Assembly (NCBI GenBank): GCA_963792415.1
Contig: CAWBVY010000006.1
Coordinates: forward strand, 128,001-192,000
From: Candidatus Deferrimicrobiaceae bacterium
GTDB lineage: Bacteria; Desulfobacterota; Deferrimicrobia; Deferrimicrobiales; Deferrimicrobiaceae
Direction: 5' to 3'
DNA length: 64,000 nucleotides
Both the position numbers and the translations under genes were made by a program. A model generated the notes under the pieces. The model saw only the letters and a list, made by a program, of their open reading frames with translations. It made no database searches and was not told where the DNA came from. Shown here piece by piece: positions 20,851 to 32,370 of the stretch (positions are counted from its first letter, which is position 1; each line of letters opens with the position of its first letter).

Positions 20851-21255
20851 CTACCAGATTTCGCAGAGCAGCTCGCCGCCGATAGAAAGCTTCTTCGCCT
20901 TCTCCCCCGTCATGACGCCGCGCGACGTGGAGACGATGGCGATGCCAAACCCGTTCTTCACCGTCGGAATCTCGTCCTTACCGACGTAGAGACGCCGTCC
21001 CGGCCGGCTCATCCGGCGAATCCCCTTGATGGCGTATCCCGTTTCCGGACTCGATTTCAGGGCGATTCGGAGGCGGCTCGCGTTTTTTTCGGTCACGACC
21101 CGGTATCCCTTGATGAACCCTTCCTCCTTGAGGATCTGCGTGATTCCCTGAAGGATGTTCGTCGAGGGGATCTCCATCTGTTCGAAGCGTGCCTGCTGGG
21201 CATTCCGAAGCCGCGCCAGCAGATCCGACACGTGATCGTTGTTCGACATTGCCAT
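20851..21255 (-). CDS. rpsH: 30S ribosomal protein S8
   Basis: SRPGRRLY, STSRGVMT, GGELLC. Confidence 0.97.
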   Translation of the reverse strand: MAMSNNDHVSDLLARLRNAQQARFEQMEIPSTNILQGITQILKEEGFIKGYRVVTEKNASRLRIALKSSPETGYAIKGIRRMSRPGRRLYVGKDEIPTVKNGFGIAIVSTSRGVMTGEKAKKLSIGGELLCEIW

Positions 21256-21266
21256 TTTCGCCCCTC

Positions 21267-21452
21267 CTACCAGCTCGCCTTGGTCACGCCGGGAAGCTCC
21301 CCGCGAAGGGCGAGCTGCCGCAGGCAGATCCGGCACAGCTGGAACTTCCGGTAGAAAGCGCGCGGCCTGCCGCAACGCGGACACCGGTTGTATTTCCGGA
21401 CAGCGAATTTCGGCGTCCGTTTCGACTTGGCGATGATCGATTTCTTTGCCAA
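21267..21452 (-). CDS. rpsN: 30S ribosomal protein S14 type Z
   Basis: RCPRCGRP...LCRIC...PGVTKASW. Confidence 0.97.
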   Translation of the reverse strand: MAKKSIIAKSKRTPKFAVRKYNRCPRCGRPRAFYRKFQLCRICLRQLALRGELPGVTKASW

Positions 21453-21472
21453 CGTCTGCTCTCCTCTCTTCC

Positions 21473-22012
21473 TTACGCCCGGAAGGGAATTCCCATGAGC
21501 CGCAACAGCTCGAGGCCTTCTTCATCGGTCCGGGCCGTGGTCACGATGGTGATGTTCATGCCGCGTATCTTGTCGATCTTGTCGTAGTTCACTTCGGGGA
21601 ACATGATCTGCTCCTTGATCCCGAGGGTATAGTTGCCGCGCCCGTCAAACCCCCTCGTGGATACCCCCTTGAAGTCCCGCACGCGCGGAAGGGCGATCGA
21701 GATCAGCTTGTCGAGAAAGTGGTACATACGGTCCCGCCGCAGCGTGACCATGACGCCGATGGGAACCCCTTCCCGAAGCTTGAAGTTCGCGATGCTCTTG
21801 CGCGCCTTGGTGACCACGGGCTTCTGGCCGGTGATGATGCCGATCTCGTCGCCGGCGGTCTCGATCACCTTGACGTTTTCGATCGCGTCGCCGAGTCCCA
21901 TGTTGACGACGACCTTGGTGAGCCTGGGGACCTGCATCACGTTCCGGTAGCCGAACTTCTCCTTGAGCTTGGGAACGATCTCCGCCTTGTACTGGTCGTG
22001 CAATCTCGCCAT
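21473..22012 (-). CDS. rplE: 50S ribosomal protein L5
   Basis: [21 protein letters not shown]. Confidence 0.98.
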   Translation of the reverse strand: MARLHDQYKAEIVPKLKEKFGYRNVMQVPRLTKVVVNMGLGDAIENVKVIETAGDEIGIITGQKPVVTKARKSIANFKLREGVPIGVMVTLRRDRMYHFLDKLISIALPRVRDFKGVSTRGFDGRGNYTLGIKEQIMFPEVNYDKIDKIRGMNITIVTTARTDEEGLELLRLMGIPFRA

Positions 22013-22053
22013 TTCCGATCACCCCCATCCGCCGTTCCGGCGGAGGTATCCTT

Positions 22054-22395
22054 TCACTTCTTTTTTGCTTCGAGGACGTCCCCGCATCGCTTGCAGACGC
22101 GGTTGCGTGCCCCATTCCCGTCCACCGCCATCGCGATCCGGGTCGGCTTGTTGCATTTGTCGCACATGACGAGAAGGTTGGAGTAGGAGATCGGCGCCTC
22201 TTTCTCCACGATCCCGCCTTGGGGAGTCGTCTTCCCGGGCTTCGTGTGCCGCTTCACCATGTTGAGCTTCTCGACGAATACCCTTCCCTTCTCGCGGTCG
22301 ATCTTGAGGACCCGGCCGACCTTCCCCTTCTCCCGTCCCGAGATCACCTTGACGATGTCGTTCCTGCGGATCTGCGTTTTCTTCCCGGTTTCCAT
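22054..22395 (-). CDS. rplX: 50S ribosomal protein L24
   Basis: KOW motif VISGREKGKVG, GGIVEKEAPI. Confidence 0.96.
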   Translation of the reverse strand: METGKKTQIRRNDIVKVISGREKGKVGRVLKIDREKGRVFVEKLNMVKRHTKPGKTTPQGGIVEKEAPISYSNLLVMCDKCNKPTRIAMAVDGNGARNRVCKRCGDVLEAKKK

Positions 22396-22409
22396 TCCGC
22401 CCCCCCGGC

Positions 22410-22778
22410 TCACAGGACTTCCGGCGCCAGTGAGATGATCTTCATGTACTTTCTGGCGCGCAGCTCGCGGGCGACGGGTCCGAAGATCCGGGTGCCGATC
22501 GGCTCGCCCTGCGGATTGACGAGAACGGCGGAGTTCTGGTCGAAGCGGAGGAAGCTGCCGTCGGCTCGGCCGATCTCTTTCACGGTGCGGACGACGACTG
22601 CCTTGTGAACGTCCCCCTTCTTCACCTTGCCGTTGGGGATCGCCTCCTTGACGCTGACGACGATGATGTCGCCCACGCCGGCGTAGCGTCGACGGCTGCC
22701 TCCCAGCACCTTTATGCAGCAAAGACGCTTCGCACCCGAGTTGTCGGCCGCGTCGAGCATGGTCTGCATCTGGATCAT
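22410..22778 (-). CDS. rplN: 50S ribosomal protein L14
   Basis: MIQ...[15 protein letters not shown]. Confidence 0.98.
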   Translation of the reverse strand: MIQMQTMLDAADNSGAKRLCCIKVLGGSRRRYAGVGDIIVVSVKEAIPNGKVKKGDVHKAVVVRTVKEIGRADGSFLRFDQNSAVLVNPQGEPIGTRIFGPVARELRARKYMKIISLAPEVL

Positions 22779-22806
22779 TTCATCATCTCCGGCGGATGTA
22801 TTCGGC

Positions 22807-23088
22807 TCACTGGGTCGCGGCGCGCTCGATCAGCCGGGCGATCCGCCACCGTTTGTCCTTGCTCGTCGGCCGCGTCTCGACGATCTCAACGCGGTCCCCG
22901 AACCGGAATTCGTTCTTCTCGTCGTGCGCCTTGAAGTTTTCCCGGCGCCTCACGTATTTCTTGTAGACGTCGTGCGGGACCAGGCGCTCCACGCGGACGA
23001 CCACGGTCTTGTCCATCTTGTCGCTGACGACCGTCCCCACCAACTTTTTCCGCGCCCTGCGGGCTTCCATCGTACCCTCCGCCGTCAT
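22807..23088 (-). CDS. rpsQ: 30S ribosomal protein S17
   Basis: [19 protein letters not shown]. Confidence 0.97.
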   Translation of the reverse strand: MTAEGTMEARRARKKLVGTVVSDKMDKTVVVRVERLVPHDVYKKYVRRRENFKAHDEKNEFRFGDRVEIVETRPTSKDKRWRIARLIERAATQ

Positions 23089-23089
23089 G

Positions 23090-23290
23090 TCAGTTCGCCT
23101 TTCCTTCCGTTTTCGCCTGCAGGAACGTCACCACGCGTGCCAGGTCCCTGCGCCGGTTCCGGATCAGCATCTTGTTTTCCAGGGCGGACGCGGCGCGCTT
23201 CATCTTCAGACGGAAGATCTCGTCGCGCAGCTCCCGCTCCTTCTGGCGGAGTTCCTCCGCCCCGAGATCCCGCAGATCCTTTGTCTTCAT
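23090..23290 (-). CDS. rpmC: 50S ribosomal protein L29
   Basis: Position in S10 operon; RRDLARV. Confidence 0.95.
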   Translation of the reverse strand: MKTKDLRDLGAEELRQKERELRDEIFRLKMKRAASALENKMLIRNRRRDLARVVTFLQAKTEGKAN

Positions 23291-23296
23291 GGACGT

Positions 23297-23707
23297 CTAT
23301 GCCTCTCTGGACAGAAATGTCGTATGGATCGGGAGCTTGTGGGCCGCCAGGCGAAACGCCTCCCTCGCTGTGGCCTCGTCGACACCCTCGATCTCGTAGA
23401 GAACACGGCCCGGGCGGACCACGGCGACCCACTCCTCGGGTGCGCCTTTCCCCTTCCCCATCCGGGTTTCCGCCGCCTTCTTCGTGATCGGCTTGTCGGG
23501 AAAGATCCGGATCCAGATCTTCCCTCCGCGCTTGATGAAGCGCGTCATCGCGATACGAGCCGCCTCGATCTGCCGGGAGGTGATCCATGCGGCGTCGGCG
23601 GCCTTTACCCCGAAATCACCGAAGTTGAGCGTGTTCCCGGACTGCGCCTTTCCACGGCGACGGCCCTTCATCTGCTTGCGGTACTTGACCCTTTTGGGGG
23701 CGAGCAT
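23297..23707 (-). CDS. rplP: 50S ribosomal protein L16
   Basis: RQIEAAR, RMGKGKG. Confidence 0.98.
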   Translation of the reverse strand: MLAPKRVKYRKQMKGRRRGKAQSGNTLNFGDFGVKAADAAWITSRQIEAARIAMTRFIKRGGKIWIRIFPDKPITKKAAETRMGKGKGAPEEWVAVVRPGRVLYEIEGVDEATAREAFRLAAHKLPIHTTFLSREA

Positions 23708-23720
23708 GATTCCCGTTCTC

Positions 23721-24377
23721 CTATTCGTTGTTGGCGGGGGAAGGAGGCGCCTTCGGGAGCACCTCGCCCTTGTAGATCCAGACCTTCACCCCGATGATCC
23801 CGTAGGTGGTGCGCGCCTCTGAAAATCCGTAGTCGATGTCGGCCCTCAAGGTGTGAAGAGGCACCCGCCCCTCGCGATACCACTCGGTCCGTGACATCTC
23901 GGCGCCGCCGAGTCGGCCGGAGACCTGGATCTTGATCCCCTTGGCGCCCAGCTTCATCGAGGAAAGCACGGTCTTCTTCATGGCGCGACGGAAAGCGATC
24001 CGACGCTCGAGCTGCATCGCGACGTTTTCCGCGGTCAGCTGGCCGTCCGTCTCCGGGCGGCGGATTTCGATGATGTTGATCGACACTTCCTTCGGCGTGA
24101 GCTTCTGGATCTCCTTCTTCAGGTTTTCGATCTCGGCGCCCTTCTTGCCGATCACGATCCCCGGACGGGCCGTGGCGATCAGAACGTTGACGCGGTTGCT
24201 GCGGCGCTCGATCTCGATCGAGGAGACCCCCGCGTGGTTCAGGCGGTTCTTGACGAAGCCTCGGATGCGCAGGTCCTCCTGCAGTTGCGACGCGTACTCC
24301 TTTTCCGAGTACCAACGCGAGCGCCACGTCCGGATGGACACCAGCCGAAATCCGTAAGGGTGTGTCTTCTGTCCCAA
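23721..24377 (-). CDS. rpsC: 30S ribosomal protein S3
   Basis: [32 protein letters not shown]. Confidence 0.98.
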   Translation of the reverse strand: MGQKTHPYGFRLVSIRTWRSRWYSEKEYASQLQEDLRIRGFVKNRLNHAGVSSIEIERRSNRVNVLIATARPGIVIGKKGAEIENLKKEIQKLTPKEVSINIIEIRRPETDGQLTAENVAMQLERRIAFRRAMKKTVLSSMKLGAKGIKIQVSGRLGGAEMSRTEWYREGRVPLHTLRADIDYGFSEARTTYGIIGVKVWIYKGEVLPKAPPSPANNE

Positions 24378-24422
24378 AATCCGCCTCCTGTTAGCGGTTA
24401 AGTGTAGCGGTTACCGGCCTTT

Positions 24423-24755
24423 TCAGGCCTCGTCCACCACGATGGTTATGTGACTGGTCCGCCGCTTGTACTTGTGGGCCCTTCCCATCGGCGCCGGCCG
24501 GAACCGTTTCTGCGAGGCCCCCTGGTTCACGCAGGCGCTCTTCACGTAGAGCATCCCGACATCGATCACGCCGGTCTGTCCGGCGTTGGCGATCGCCGAA
24601 TCGAGGACTTTCTTCACGGTCACGGCGGCCGCCTTGTTCGCAAGGGCGAGGATCGTCCTTGCATCGGCGATCTTCTTCCCCCGGATCAGGTCCACCACGA
24701 GGCGCGCCTTCCTCGGGGAGATGCGCATGAACTTGGCCGTCGCGGTTGCTTCCAT
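24423..24755 (-). CDS. rplV: 50S ribosomal protein L22
   Basis: SPRKARLVVDLIRG, RTSHITI. Confidence 0.98.
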   Translation of the reverse strand: MEATATAKFMRISPRKARLVVDLIRGKKIADARTILALANKAAAVTVKKVLDSAIANAGQTGVIDVGMLYVKSACVNQGASQKRFRPAPMGRAHKYKRRTSHITIVVDEA

Positions 24756-24777
24756 CTGCTGCTCTCCTTATCCGCTC

Positions 24778-25059
24778 TTACTTCTTTACCTTGGCCTTGC
24801 GGTCTCCCGAGTGGCCGTGGAACGTCCGCGTGGGCGAGAACTCGCCGAACTTGTGGCCCACCATGTTTTCCGTGACGAAGACGGGCATGAACTTCCGTCC
24901 GTTGTGCACGGCGAACGTGTATCCCACCATCTCGGGAGTGATGGTCGAGCGCCGGGACCAGGTCTTGATGATCTTCTTGTCTCCGGTTTCGACGGCCTTG
25001 CCCAACTTTCTTGCAAGGCCTTCCTCCACGTACGGTCCCTTCTTGATGGATCGCCCCAC
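24778..25059 (-). CDS. rpsS: 30S ribosomal protein S19
   Basis: RSIKKGP, TWSRRS, GHKFGEF. Confidence 0.98.
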   Translation of the reverse strand: MGRSIKKGPYVEEGLARKLGKAVETGDKKIIKTWSRRSTITPEMVGYTFAVHNGRKFMPVFVTENMVGHKFGEFSPTRTFHGHSGDRKAKVKK

Positions 25060-25077
25060 GTCGAAACCCCTTTTCCT

Positions 25078-25902
25078 TTATTTTCCGCGCCGCTTGACGA
25101 TGTACTTGTCGGTCGACGGGTTCTTCCGCGTCTTGTACCCCTTCGTCGGCTTCCCCCACGGGGTGCAGGGATGCCGTCCTCCGGAAGACCGCCCCTCGCC
25201 GCCCCCATGGGGGTGGTCGACGGGATTCATCACGACGCCGCGGACCGTCGGGCGAATTCCCTTCCAACGATTACGGCCCGCCTTGCCGATCGAAACCTTT
25301 TCATGGTCGACGTTTCCGACCTGCCCGATCGTCGCCATGCATTCGATGAAGACCAGCCGGACCTCCCCGGATGCGAGGCGGAGGTGCGCGTACGACCCCT
25401 CCTTGGCCAGGATCTGGGCGACCGACCCGGCGGATCGGGCGATCTGTCCGCCCTTCCCGACCTTGAGCTCGATGTTGTGCACGAGCGTGCCGACCGGGAT
25501 GTTCCGGATCGGGAGGGCGTTTCCAGGCTTGATGTCGGCGCCGGGGCCCGAAAGAATCTTGTCCCCCACGGAAATTCCGACCGGACAGAGGATGTAGCGC
25601 TTCTCCCCGTCCGCGTAGTTCAGCAGCGCGAGCCGCGCGGAGCGGTTCGGGTCGTATTCAATGGCCGCAACGGTCGCGGGGACGTCCTTCTTGTTTCTCT
25701 TGAAGTCGACGATCCGGTACCTGCGCTTGTGGCCCCCGCCGCGGTGCCACACCGTGGTATCCCCGAGGTTGTTCCTGCCGCCGCTTCCCGAAAGACTCTC
25801 CGTCAGAGCGCGTTCGGGCTTCTTCTTCGTCAGATCGTCCATGATGAGGACGGTCATGCCCCGTCGCCCGGGGGAGGTCGGCTTGTAGTTCCGGATGCCC
25901 AT
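25078..25902 (-). CDS. rplB: 50S ribosomal protein L2
   Basis: [21 protein letters not shown]. Confidence 0.99.
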   Translation of the reverse strand: MGIRNYKPTSPGRRGMTVLIMDDLTKKKPERALTESLSGSGGRNNLGDTTVWHRGGGHKRRYRIVDFKRNKKDVPATVAAIEYDPNRSARLALLNYADGEKRYILCPVGISVGDKILSGPGADIKPGNALPIRNIPVGTLVHNIELKVGKGGQIARSAGSVAQILAKEGSYAHLRLASGEVRLVFIECMATIGQVGNVDHEKVSIGKAGRNRWKGIRPTVRGVVMNPVDHPHGGGEGRSSGGRHPCTPWGKPTKGYKTRKNPSTDKYIVKRRGK

Positions 25903-25944
25903 CGCAGTCTCTCCTTAAAAAGAGGGGCGCGTACGCCGCGCCCG

Positions 25945-26232
25945 TCAGACGCCTTCGAAGAACTCGATCTTGTCGCCCGCCTTCAGCACGACCACGGCCT
26001 TCTTCCACCCCGGACGGAGCCCCACCGTGCGGCCGCGCCGCTTCACCTTGCCGGCGACGTTCATCGTCCGGACGTCGTCGACCTTCACCTTGAACATCTT
26101 CTCGACGGCCTCGCGGACTTCCTTCTTGTTGGCGCGCTTGTCGACGGCGAACAGGACCGCGTTCGACATCGCCTTCAGCGAGGTCGCCTTCTCCGTGATC
26201 AACGGCCGCTTGATGACGTCGGATAGATTCAT
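25945..26232 (-). CDS. rplW: 50S ribosomal protein L23
   Basis: PLITEK, WKKAVV. Confidence 0.97.
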   Translation of the reverse strand: MNLSDVIKRPLITEKATSLKAMSNAVLFAVDKRANKKEVREAVEKMFKVKVDDVRTMNVAGKVKRRGRTVGLRPGWKKAVVVLKAGDKIEFFEGV

Positions 26233-26852
26233 ATCGCCAGCACCTCGGTGATTTTCTCGAGAGCCGCGCCGGTCAGCACGAGCTGGTCGTACGACAGGAT
26301 GTCGTACACGTTCAGCGCCTTGGCGGGAAGGGTCTTGAACCCCTTGAGGTTCCGGATGCCAAGCGCCAGGTTTTCGGGCTCCCCGTCGATGACGATCAAA
26401 GCGTCGCTGAGGCCGAGCGCGAGCGCGACCTTGAGGAATTCCTTCGTCTTCGGGGACGGGAGGGAGAGGTCGTCCACGAGGACGATCTTGTTCTCGAGCG
26501 CCTTCGCGGTCAGGGCGCTGCGCAAAGCCGCCTTCATCTCCTTCCGGTTCACCTTTCCGTCGTACTTCCGGGGGTGGGGTCCGAATACGGTGCCACCGCC
26601 CCTCAGGAGCGGAGAGCGGGACGTTCCCATGCGGGCACGGCCCGTCCCTTTCTGGCGGAACGGCTTCTTCCCGCCTCCGCGGACGTCCTTGCGGGTTTTC
26701 GTGTCGTGCGTTCCCGCGCGTGCGGCCGCCAGCTTGGCCGTCACGACGTGATGCATCAGGTGCGTCTTCACCTCGGCGCCGAAAATGGAATCGGGAAGTT
26801 CGACAGTCCCGGTCCCCTTCCGCTCCTTGTTCACGATTTCCACGGTAGCCAT
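26229..26852 (-). CDS. rplD: 50S ribosomal protein L4
   Basis: [16 protein letters not shown]. Confidence 0.98.
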   Translation of the reverse strand: MATVEIVNKERKGTGTVELPDSIFGAEVKTHLMHHVVTAKLAAARAGTHDTKTRKDVRGGGKKPFRQKGTGRARMGTSRSPLLRGGGTVFGPHPRKYDGKVNRKEMKAALRSALTAKALENKIVLVDDLSLPSPKTKEFLKVALALGLSDALIVIDGEPENLALGIRNLKGFKTLPAKALNVYDILSYDQLVLTGAALEKITEVLAI

Positions 26853-26867
26853 CTCGCGCTCCTCGCC

Positions 26868-27503
26868 TTACGCCGGTTTCTTCACGGCCCGGCGTACGAA
26901 CACCAGGCTGTTTTTCGCGCCAGGCACGGCGCCGCGAACGAGCAGCAGATTCTTCTCGGGCTCCACCCCGACCACGCGGAGGTTGAGGATCGTGACCCGC
27001 TCGTTCCCGTACTGGCCCGCCATTTTCATGTTCTTGATGACGCGAGATGGGTACGCCGAGGCGCCGATGGATCCGGGAGCGCGATGGAACATGGAACCGT
27101 GCGTCGCGCGTCCGCCCTTGAAGTTCCAGCGCTTGATGACGCCGGTGAACCCGCGCCCCTTGCTGTGCCCCATCACGTCGACGACATCGCCTTCCTTGAA
27201 GATGTCGACTTTGATCTCGGCGCCGATATCCAGCGGTTCGGCCGCTTCGACCCGAATCTCCTGGAGGGCGCTGAACGCGCCTTTTCCCGCCTTCTGGAAG
27301 TGCCCCAGCATCGGCTTTCCGACCTTGGCGGCCTTCGTCTGGCGGAATCCGATCTGCACCGCGTCGTACCCGTCGGTTCTCGCGGTTTTCCGCTGTATCA
27401 CCGTGCAGGGTCCGGCCTCGATCACGGTGACCGGGATCACTTTCCCCTCCGTGTCGAACACCTGGGACATGCCCAGTTTCTTTCCCAATATTCCGGTCGT
27501 CAT
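26868..27503 (-). CDS. rplC: 50S ribosomal protein L3
   Basis: GKKLGM, DGYDAVQ, GAVPG. Confidence 0.98.
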   Translation of the reverse strand: MTTGILGKKLGMSQVFDTEGKVIPVTVIEAGPCTVIQRKTARTDGYDAVQIGFRQTKAAKVGKPMLGHFQKAGKGAFSALQEIRVEAAEPLDIGAEIKVDIFKEGDVVDVMGHSKGRGFTGVIKRWNFKGGRATHGSMFHRAPGSIGASAYPSRVIKNMKMAGQYGNERVTILNLRVVGVEPEKNLLLVRGAVPGAKNSLVFVRRAVKKPA

Positions 27504-27546
27504 GGTTTGCCCCTGCTTCCGTTCTCGGTCGTTTTCGTCGTTCCGG

Positions 27547-27861
27547 TCAGAGCTTGATCTCGACTTCGACGCCGGCGGGCAGATCGAGCTTCATCAGGGC
27601 GTCGATCGTTGCGCCGGGGGGTTCGTGGATGTCGAGGAGACGCTTGTGCGTCCGGATCTCGAACTGTTCCCGGCTCTTCTTGTCCCCGTGGGGGGACCTG
27701 TTGACCGTGAAGCGCTGGATATGGGTCGGAAGGGGAATCGGCCCCGCGACCTTGGCGCCCGTCTGCCGCGCCTTTTCGACGATGTCACCGGTCGCCTTGT
27801 CCAGAAGCCTGGAATCGAAGGCCTTCAGCCGGATCCGTATCTTCTGGTGCTCTATCGCCAC
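27547..27861 (-). CDS. rpsJ: 30S ribosomal protein S10
   Basis: [23 protein letters not shown]. Confidence 0.98.
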   Translation of the reverse strand: MAIEHQKIRIRLKAFDSRLLDKATGDIVEKARQTGAKVAGPIPLPTHIQRFTVNRSPHGDKKSREQFEIRTHKRLLDIHEPPGATIDALMKLDLPAGVEVEIKL

Positions 27862-27891
27862 GTCGGTGTCCCCCCTTGACCTTTCCTTGCC

Positions 27892-29091
<1,200 letters not shown>

Positions 29092-29131
29092 GTGTGCTAC
29101 CCTCCTCCCCGCGGATTCCCGAGATTCCCTG

Positions 29132-31213
29132 TTATGCGCCCTTTACCTTGGCGATGACTTCCTCGCTGACGGACTGCGGCGCGGGCTCGTAATGGTCGAA
29201 CTGCATGGTGTATGTGGCGCGCCCCTGGGTCTTTGACCGCAGGTCGGTCGCGTAGCCGAACATCTGGGCCAACGGCACGTGCGCTCCGATCACCTGCGTG
29301 TTTCCCCGGGCCTCGATTCCCTGGATTCTTCCGCGGCGGGAGCTCAGATCCCCGATGACGTCCCCGGTGAAATCCTCGGGGCAGACGACCTCGACCCCCA
29401 TGACCGGCTCGAGCAGGATGGCCCCGGCGCCCTTGCAGGCAGCCTTGAACGCCATCGACCCGGCGATCTTGAAAGCCATCTCCGAGGAGTCGACCTCGTG
29501 ATACGAGCCTTCGATCAGGGAGACCGTGACGTCGACCACGGGGTAGCCGGCGATCACGCCACCCTCCGCCGCCTCGACGATCCCCTTCTCGACGGCCGGG
29601 ATATACTCCCGCGGAATCGAGCCTCCGACGATCTTGTTGACGAACTCGAACCCCTTCCCCTTTTCCGACGGGTCGACGGTGATCCATACGTGGCCGTACT
29701 GGCCGCGACCGCCGGTCTGGCGGATATATCGTCCTTCCTGCTTCGCATGGCGGGTGATCGTTTCGCGATAGGCGACCTGGGGACGCCCGACGTTCGCCTC
29801 GACCTTGAACTCGCGCAGGAGGCGGTCGACGATGATCTCGAGGTGGAGTTCGCCCATCCCGGAAATGAGGGTCTGCCCCGTCTCCTCGTCGTTCCGGACC
29901 TGGAAGGAGGGGTCCTCCATCATCAGTTTCTGGAGGGAGAAGCCGAGTTTCTCCTGGTCGGCCTTGGTCTTCGGCTCGATGGCGATGGAGATGACCGGTG
30001 CGGGAGACGTGATCGACTCGAGGATGATCTCGTGGTCCTGGTTGCAGAGGGTGTCGCCCGTGTAGGCGGTCTTCAGTCCGACCACCGCGGCGATCTCGCC
30101 GGCGTAGATGGTCTTTATCTCTTCCCGCTTGTTGGCGTGCATCTTCAGGAGGCGGCCGACACGCTCCTTTTTCTGGCGGACCGAATTGTAGATGAAGTCT
30201 CCCGAGCTGAGCACGCCGGAATAGACCCGCACGAAGGTGAGGTGCCCCACGAACGGGTCGTTCATGATCTTGAAGGCGAGAGCTGAGAAGGGCTCATCGT
30301 CGGAAGGCTTTCGGGTTACCTCGGCCTTTCCGTGCGGGTCGATTCCGACGACCGGCGGGATATCGACCGGGGACGGGAGGTAATCGACCACCGCGTCGAG
30401 CATCGGCTGAACGCCCTTGTTGCGGAACGCCGTGCCGCAGACGACCGGGGTGATCCGGTTTCCGATGGTGGCCTGCCGGATCGCGCTCATGAACTCATCG
30501 ACGGGGATGTCCTGACCGAGCAGGTACCGTTCCACGAGCGTGTCGTCGACGTCGGCCACCGCCTCGAGCAGGCGCTCCCGTGCGGCGACGGCATCGGCCG
30601 CCATGTCGTCGGGGACCGGCTCGTCATGGAACTTCGCCCCGAGGGTGTCTTCCTCCCAGACGATCGCCTTCATCCGGACCAGATCGATGATCCCGCGGAA
30701 GGAGTCTTCCTTCCCGAGGGGAAGCTGGATCGGCACTGGATTGGCGGCGAGGCGTTCCCTCATCATCCGGACCACGCGCTCGAAATCGGCGCCGATACGG
30801 TCCATTTTATTGACCATGGCGAGGCGGGGAACCCGGAATTTATCCGCCTGGCGCCACACCGTCTCGGACTGGGGCTCCACTCCGCCGACCGCGCAGAATA
30901 CCGCAACCGCGCCGTCGAGAACCCGAAGGGAACGCTCCACCTCGATCGTGAAGTCGACGTGCCCGGGCGTGTCGATGATATTGATCCGGTGCCCCCGCCA
31001 GAAGCACGTCGTCGCGGCGGAGGTGATGGTGATGCCCCGCTCCTGCTCCTGCTCCATCCAGTCCATCGTGGCGGTGCCGTCGTGGACCTCTCCCATCTTG
31101 TGGGAGACGCCGGTGTAGTAGAGCACGCGCTCGGTCGTCGTCGTCTTCCCGGCGTCGATGTGGGCCATGATCCCGATGTTCCGGGTTTTTTCGAGCGTTG
31201 ACACTCTGGACAC
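29132..31213 (-). CDS. fusA: Elongation factor G
   Basis: [24 protein letters not shown]. Confidence 0.99.
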   Translation of the reverse strand: MSRVSTLEKTRNIGIMAHIDAGKTTTTERVLYYTGVSHKMGEVHDGTATMDWMEQEQERGITITSAATTCFWRGHRINIIDTPGHVDFTIEVERSLRVLDGAVAVFCAVGGVEPQSETVWRQADKFRVPRLAMVNKMDRIGADFERVVRMMRERLAANPVPIQLPLGKEDSFRGIIDLVRMKAIVWEEDTLGAKFHDEPVPDDMAADAVAARERLLEAVADVDDTLVERYLLGQDIPVDEFMSAIRQATIGNRITPVVCGTAFRNKGVQPMLDAVVDYLPSPVDIPPVVGIDPHGKAEVTRKPSDDEPFSALAFKIMNDPFVGHLTFVRVYSGVLSSGDFIYNSVRQKKERVGRLLKMHANKREEIKTIYAGEIAAVVGLKTAYTGDTLCNQDHEIILESITSPAPVISIAIEPKTKADQEKLGFSLQKLMMEDPSFQVRNDEETGQTLISGMGELHLEIIVDRLLREFKVEANVGRPQVAYRETITRHAKQEGRYIRQTGGRGQYGHVWITVDPSEKGKGFEFVNKIVGGSIPREYIPAVEKGIVEAAEGGVIAGYPVVDVTVSLIEGSYHEVDSSEMAFKIAGSMAFKAACKGAGAILLEPVMGVEVVCPEDFTGDVIGDLSSRRGRIQGIEARGNTQVIGAHVPLAQMFGYATDLRSKTQGRATYTMQFDHYEPAPQSVSEEVIAKVKGA

Positions 31214-31246
31214 GAGCCGTCCCTTCCCTTCCCTGCCGCCGCGCCC

Positions 31247-31717
31247 TTACCAGCGGTAGTGCGCGAACGCCTTGTTCGCTTCGGCCATCTTGTGGGTGTC
31301 TTCCTTCTTCTTGAACGTGTTGCCGCGGTTGTTGTAGGCGTCGAGGAGCTCGCCCGAGAGGCGCTGGATCATGGTCTTCTCGGCCCGCTCCCGCGCGTAC
31401 CCGACCAGCCAGCGGATCGAGAGGGACTGGCGCCGTTCCGGACGGATCTCGATCGGTACCTGGTAGGTGGCGCCGCCGACCCTGCGGGACTTGACCTCGA
31501 CGACCGGTTTCACGTTCTCGATCGCCTTTTTCAGAACCGCGACGGGGTCTTCCTTCGTCTTTTCCTTGAGGACGTCCAGTGATCCGTACACGACGTTCTC
31601 CGCGACCCGCGCCTTCCCGTCGAGCATGATGGCGTGGATCATCTTGGCGACCAGCACGTCGCCGTACACGGGATCGGGCGAAACGACCCGCTTGGAAACG
31701 AAACCTCTCCTGGGCAT
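31247..31717 (-). CDS. rpsG: 30S ribosomal protein S7
   Basis: [28 protein letters not shown]. Confidence 0.98.
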   Translation of the reverse strand: MPRRGFVSKRVVSPDPVYGDVLVAKMIHAIMLDGKARVAENVVYGSLDVLKEKTKEDPVAVLKKAIENVKPVVEVKSRRVGGATYQVPIEIRPERRQSLSIRWLVGYARERAEKTMIQRLSGELLDAYNNRGNTFKKKEDTHKMAEANKAFAHYRW

Positions 31718-31879
31718 ACGATCGAACCCCCTCGGCCAGTTGCCTCGGAATGGGAAACACACGACAACAAAAGTTCCCGCCTCACAAGCACTGAGGCGGG
31801 AGCGGTACCAAACCTGCTTTACCCTTCCCGGCAGAGCCGCCGGGGATTGGAAGGAACCTCTACGCTGAAAGTGGGGAAG

Positions 31880-32251
31880 CTATTTGGGCCGCTTCGTACC
31901 GTACTTCGACCGCGACTTCCGTCTGTCCTGGACACCAACGGAATCCAGCTTCCCACGGATGATGTGATAGCGAACGCCGGGAAGGTCCTTTACGCGCCCC
32001 CCCCGGATCATGACCACGGAATGCTCCTGCAGGTTGTGCCCTTCGCCCGGAATGTATACCGTCACCTCGAGACCGTTGGTGAGCCGCACCCGCGCCACCT
32101 TCCGCAGCGCGGAGTTCGGCTTCTTGGGGGTGGTGGTGTACACGCGGAGGCAAACGCCCCGTTTCTGGGGGCAGGAGTCGAGCGCCGGGGAGTTGCTCTT
32201 GTTGGCGACGACCGTTCGCCCCTTCCGTACCAACTGGTTGATCGTGGGCAT
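31880..32251 (-). CDS. rpsL: 30S ribosomal protein S12
   Basis: [27 protein letters not shown]. Confidence 0.99.
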   Translation of the reverse strand: MPTINQLVRKGRTVVANKSNSPALDSCPQKRGVCLRVYTTTPKKPNSALRKVARVRLTNGLEVTVYIPGEGHNLQEHSVVMIRGGRVKDLPGVRYHIIRGKLDSVGVQDRRKSRSKYGTKRPK

Positions 32252-32301
32252 TCCTGTTCCTTCCGATCTATGGAACTCTATTTCAACAGAACGAACTGCT
32301 A

Positions 32302-32330
32302 TTTATAACAATAGTACCGTTCAGTGTCAA
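32302..32330 (-). promoter_or_regulatory. sigma70 promoter of the str operon
   Basis: TTGACA-N17-TATAAA in an AT-rich intergenic region upstream of rpsL. Confidence 0.75.
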
Positions 32331-32370
32331 CGATTTTCTTGAAATCCGCTGGTTCCGGGGGATCGGACCG

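Noticed and set aside
31800-31870. Lysine riboswitch (GTAGAGGT start on the minus strand)
   Set aside because: The downstream conserved elements and the length do not fit, and the context (str operon) is wrong.
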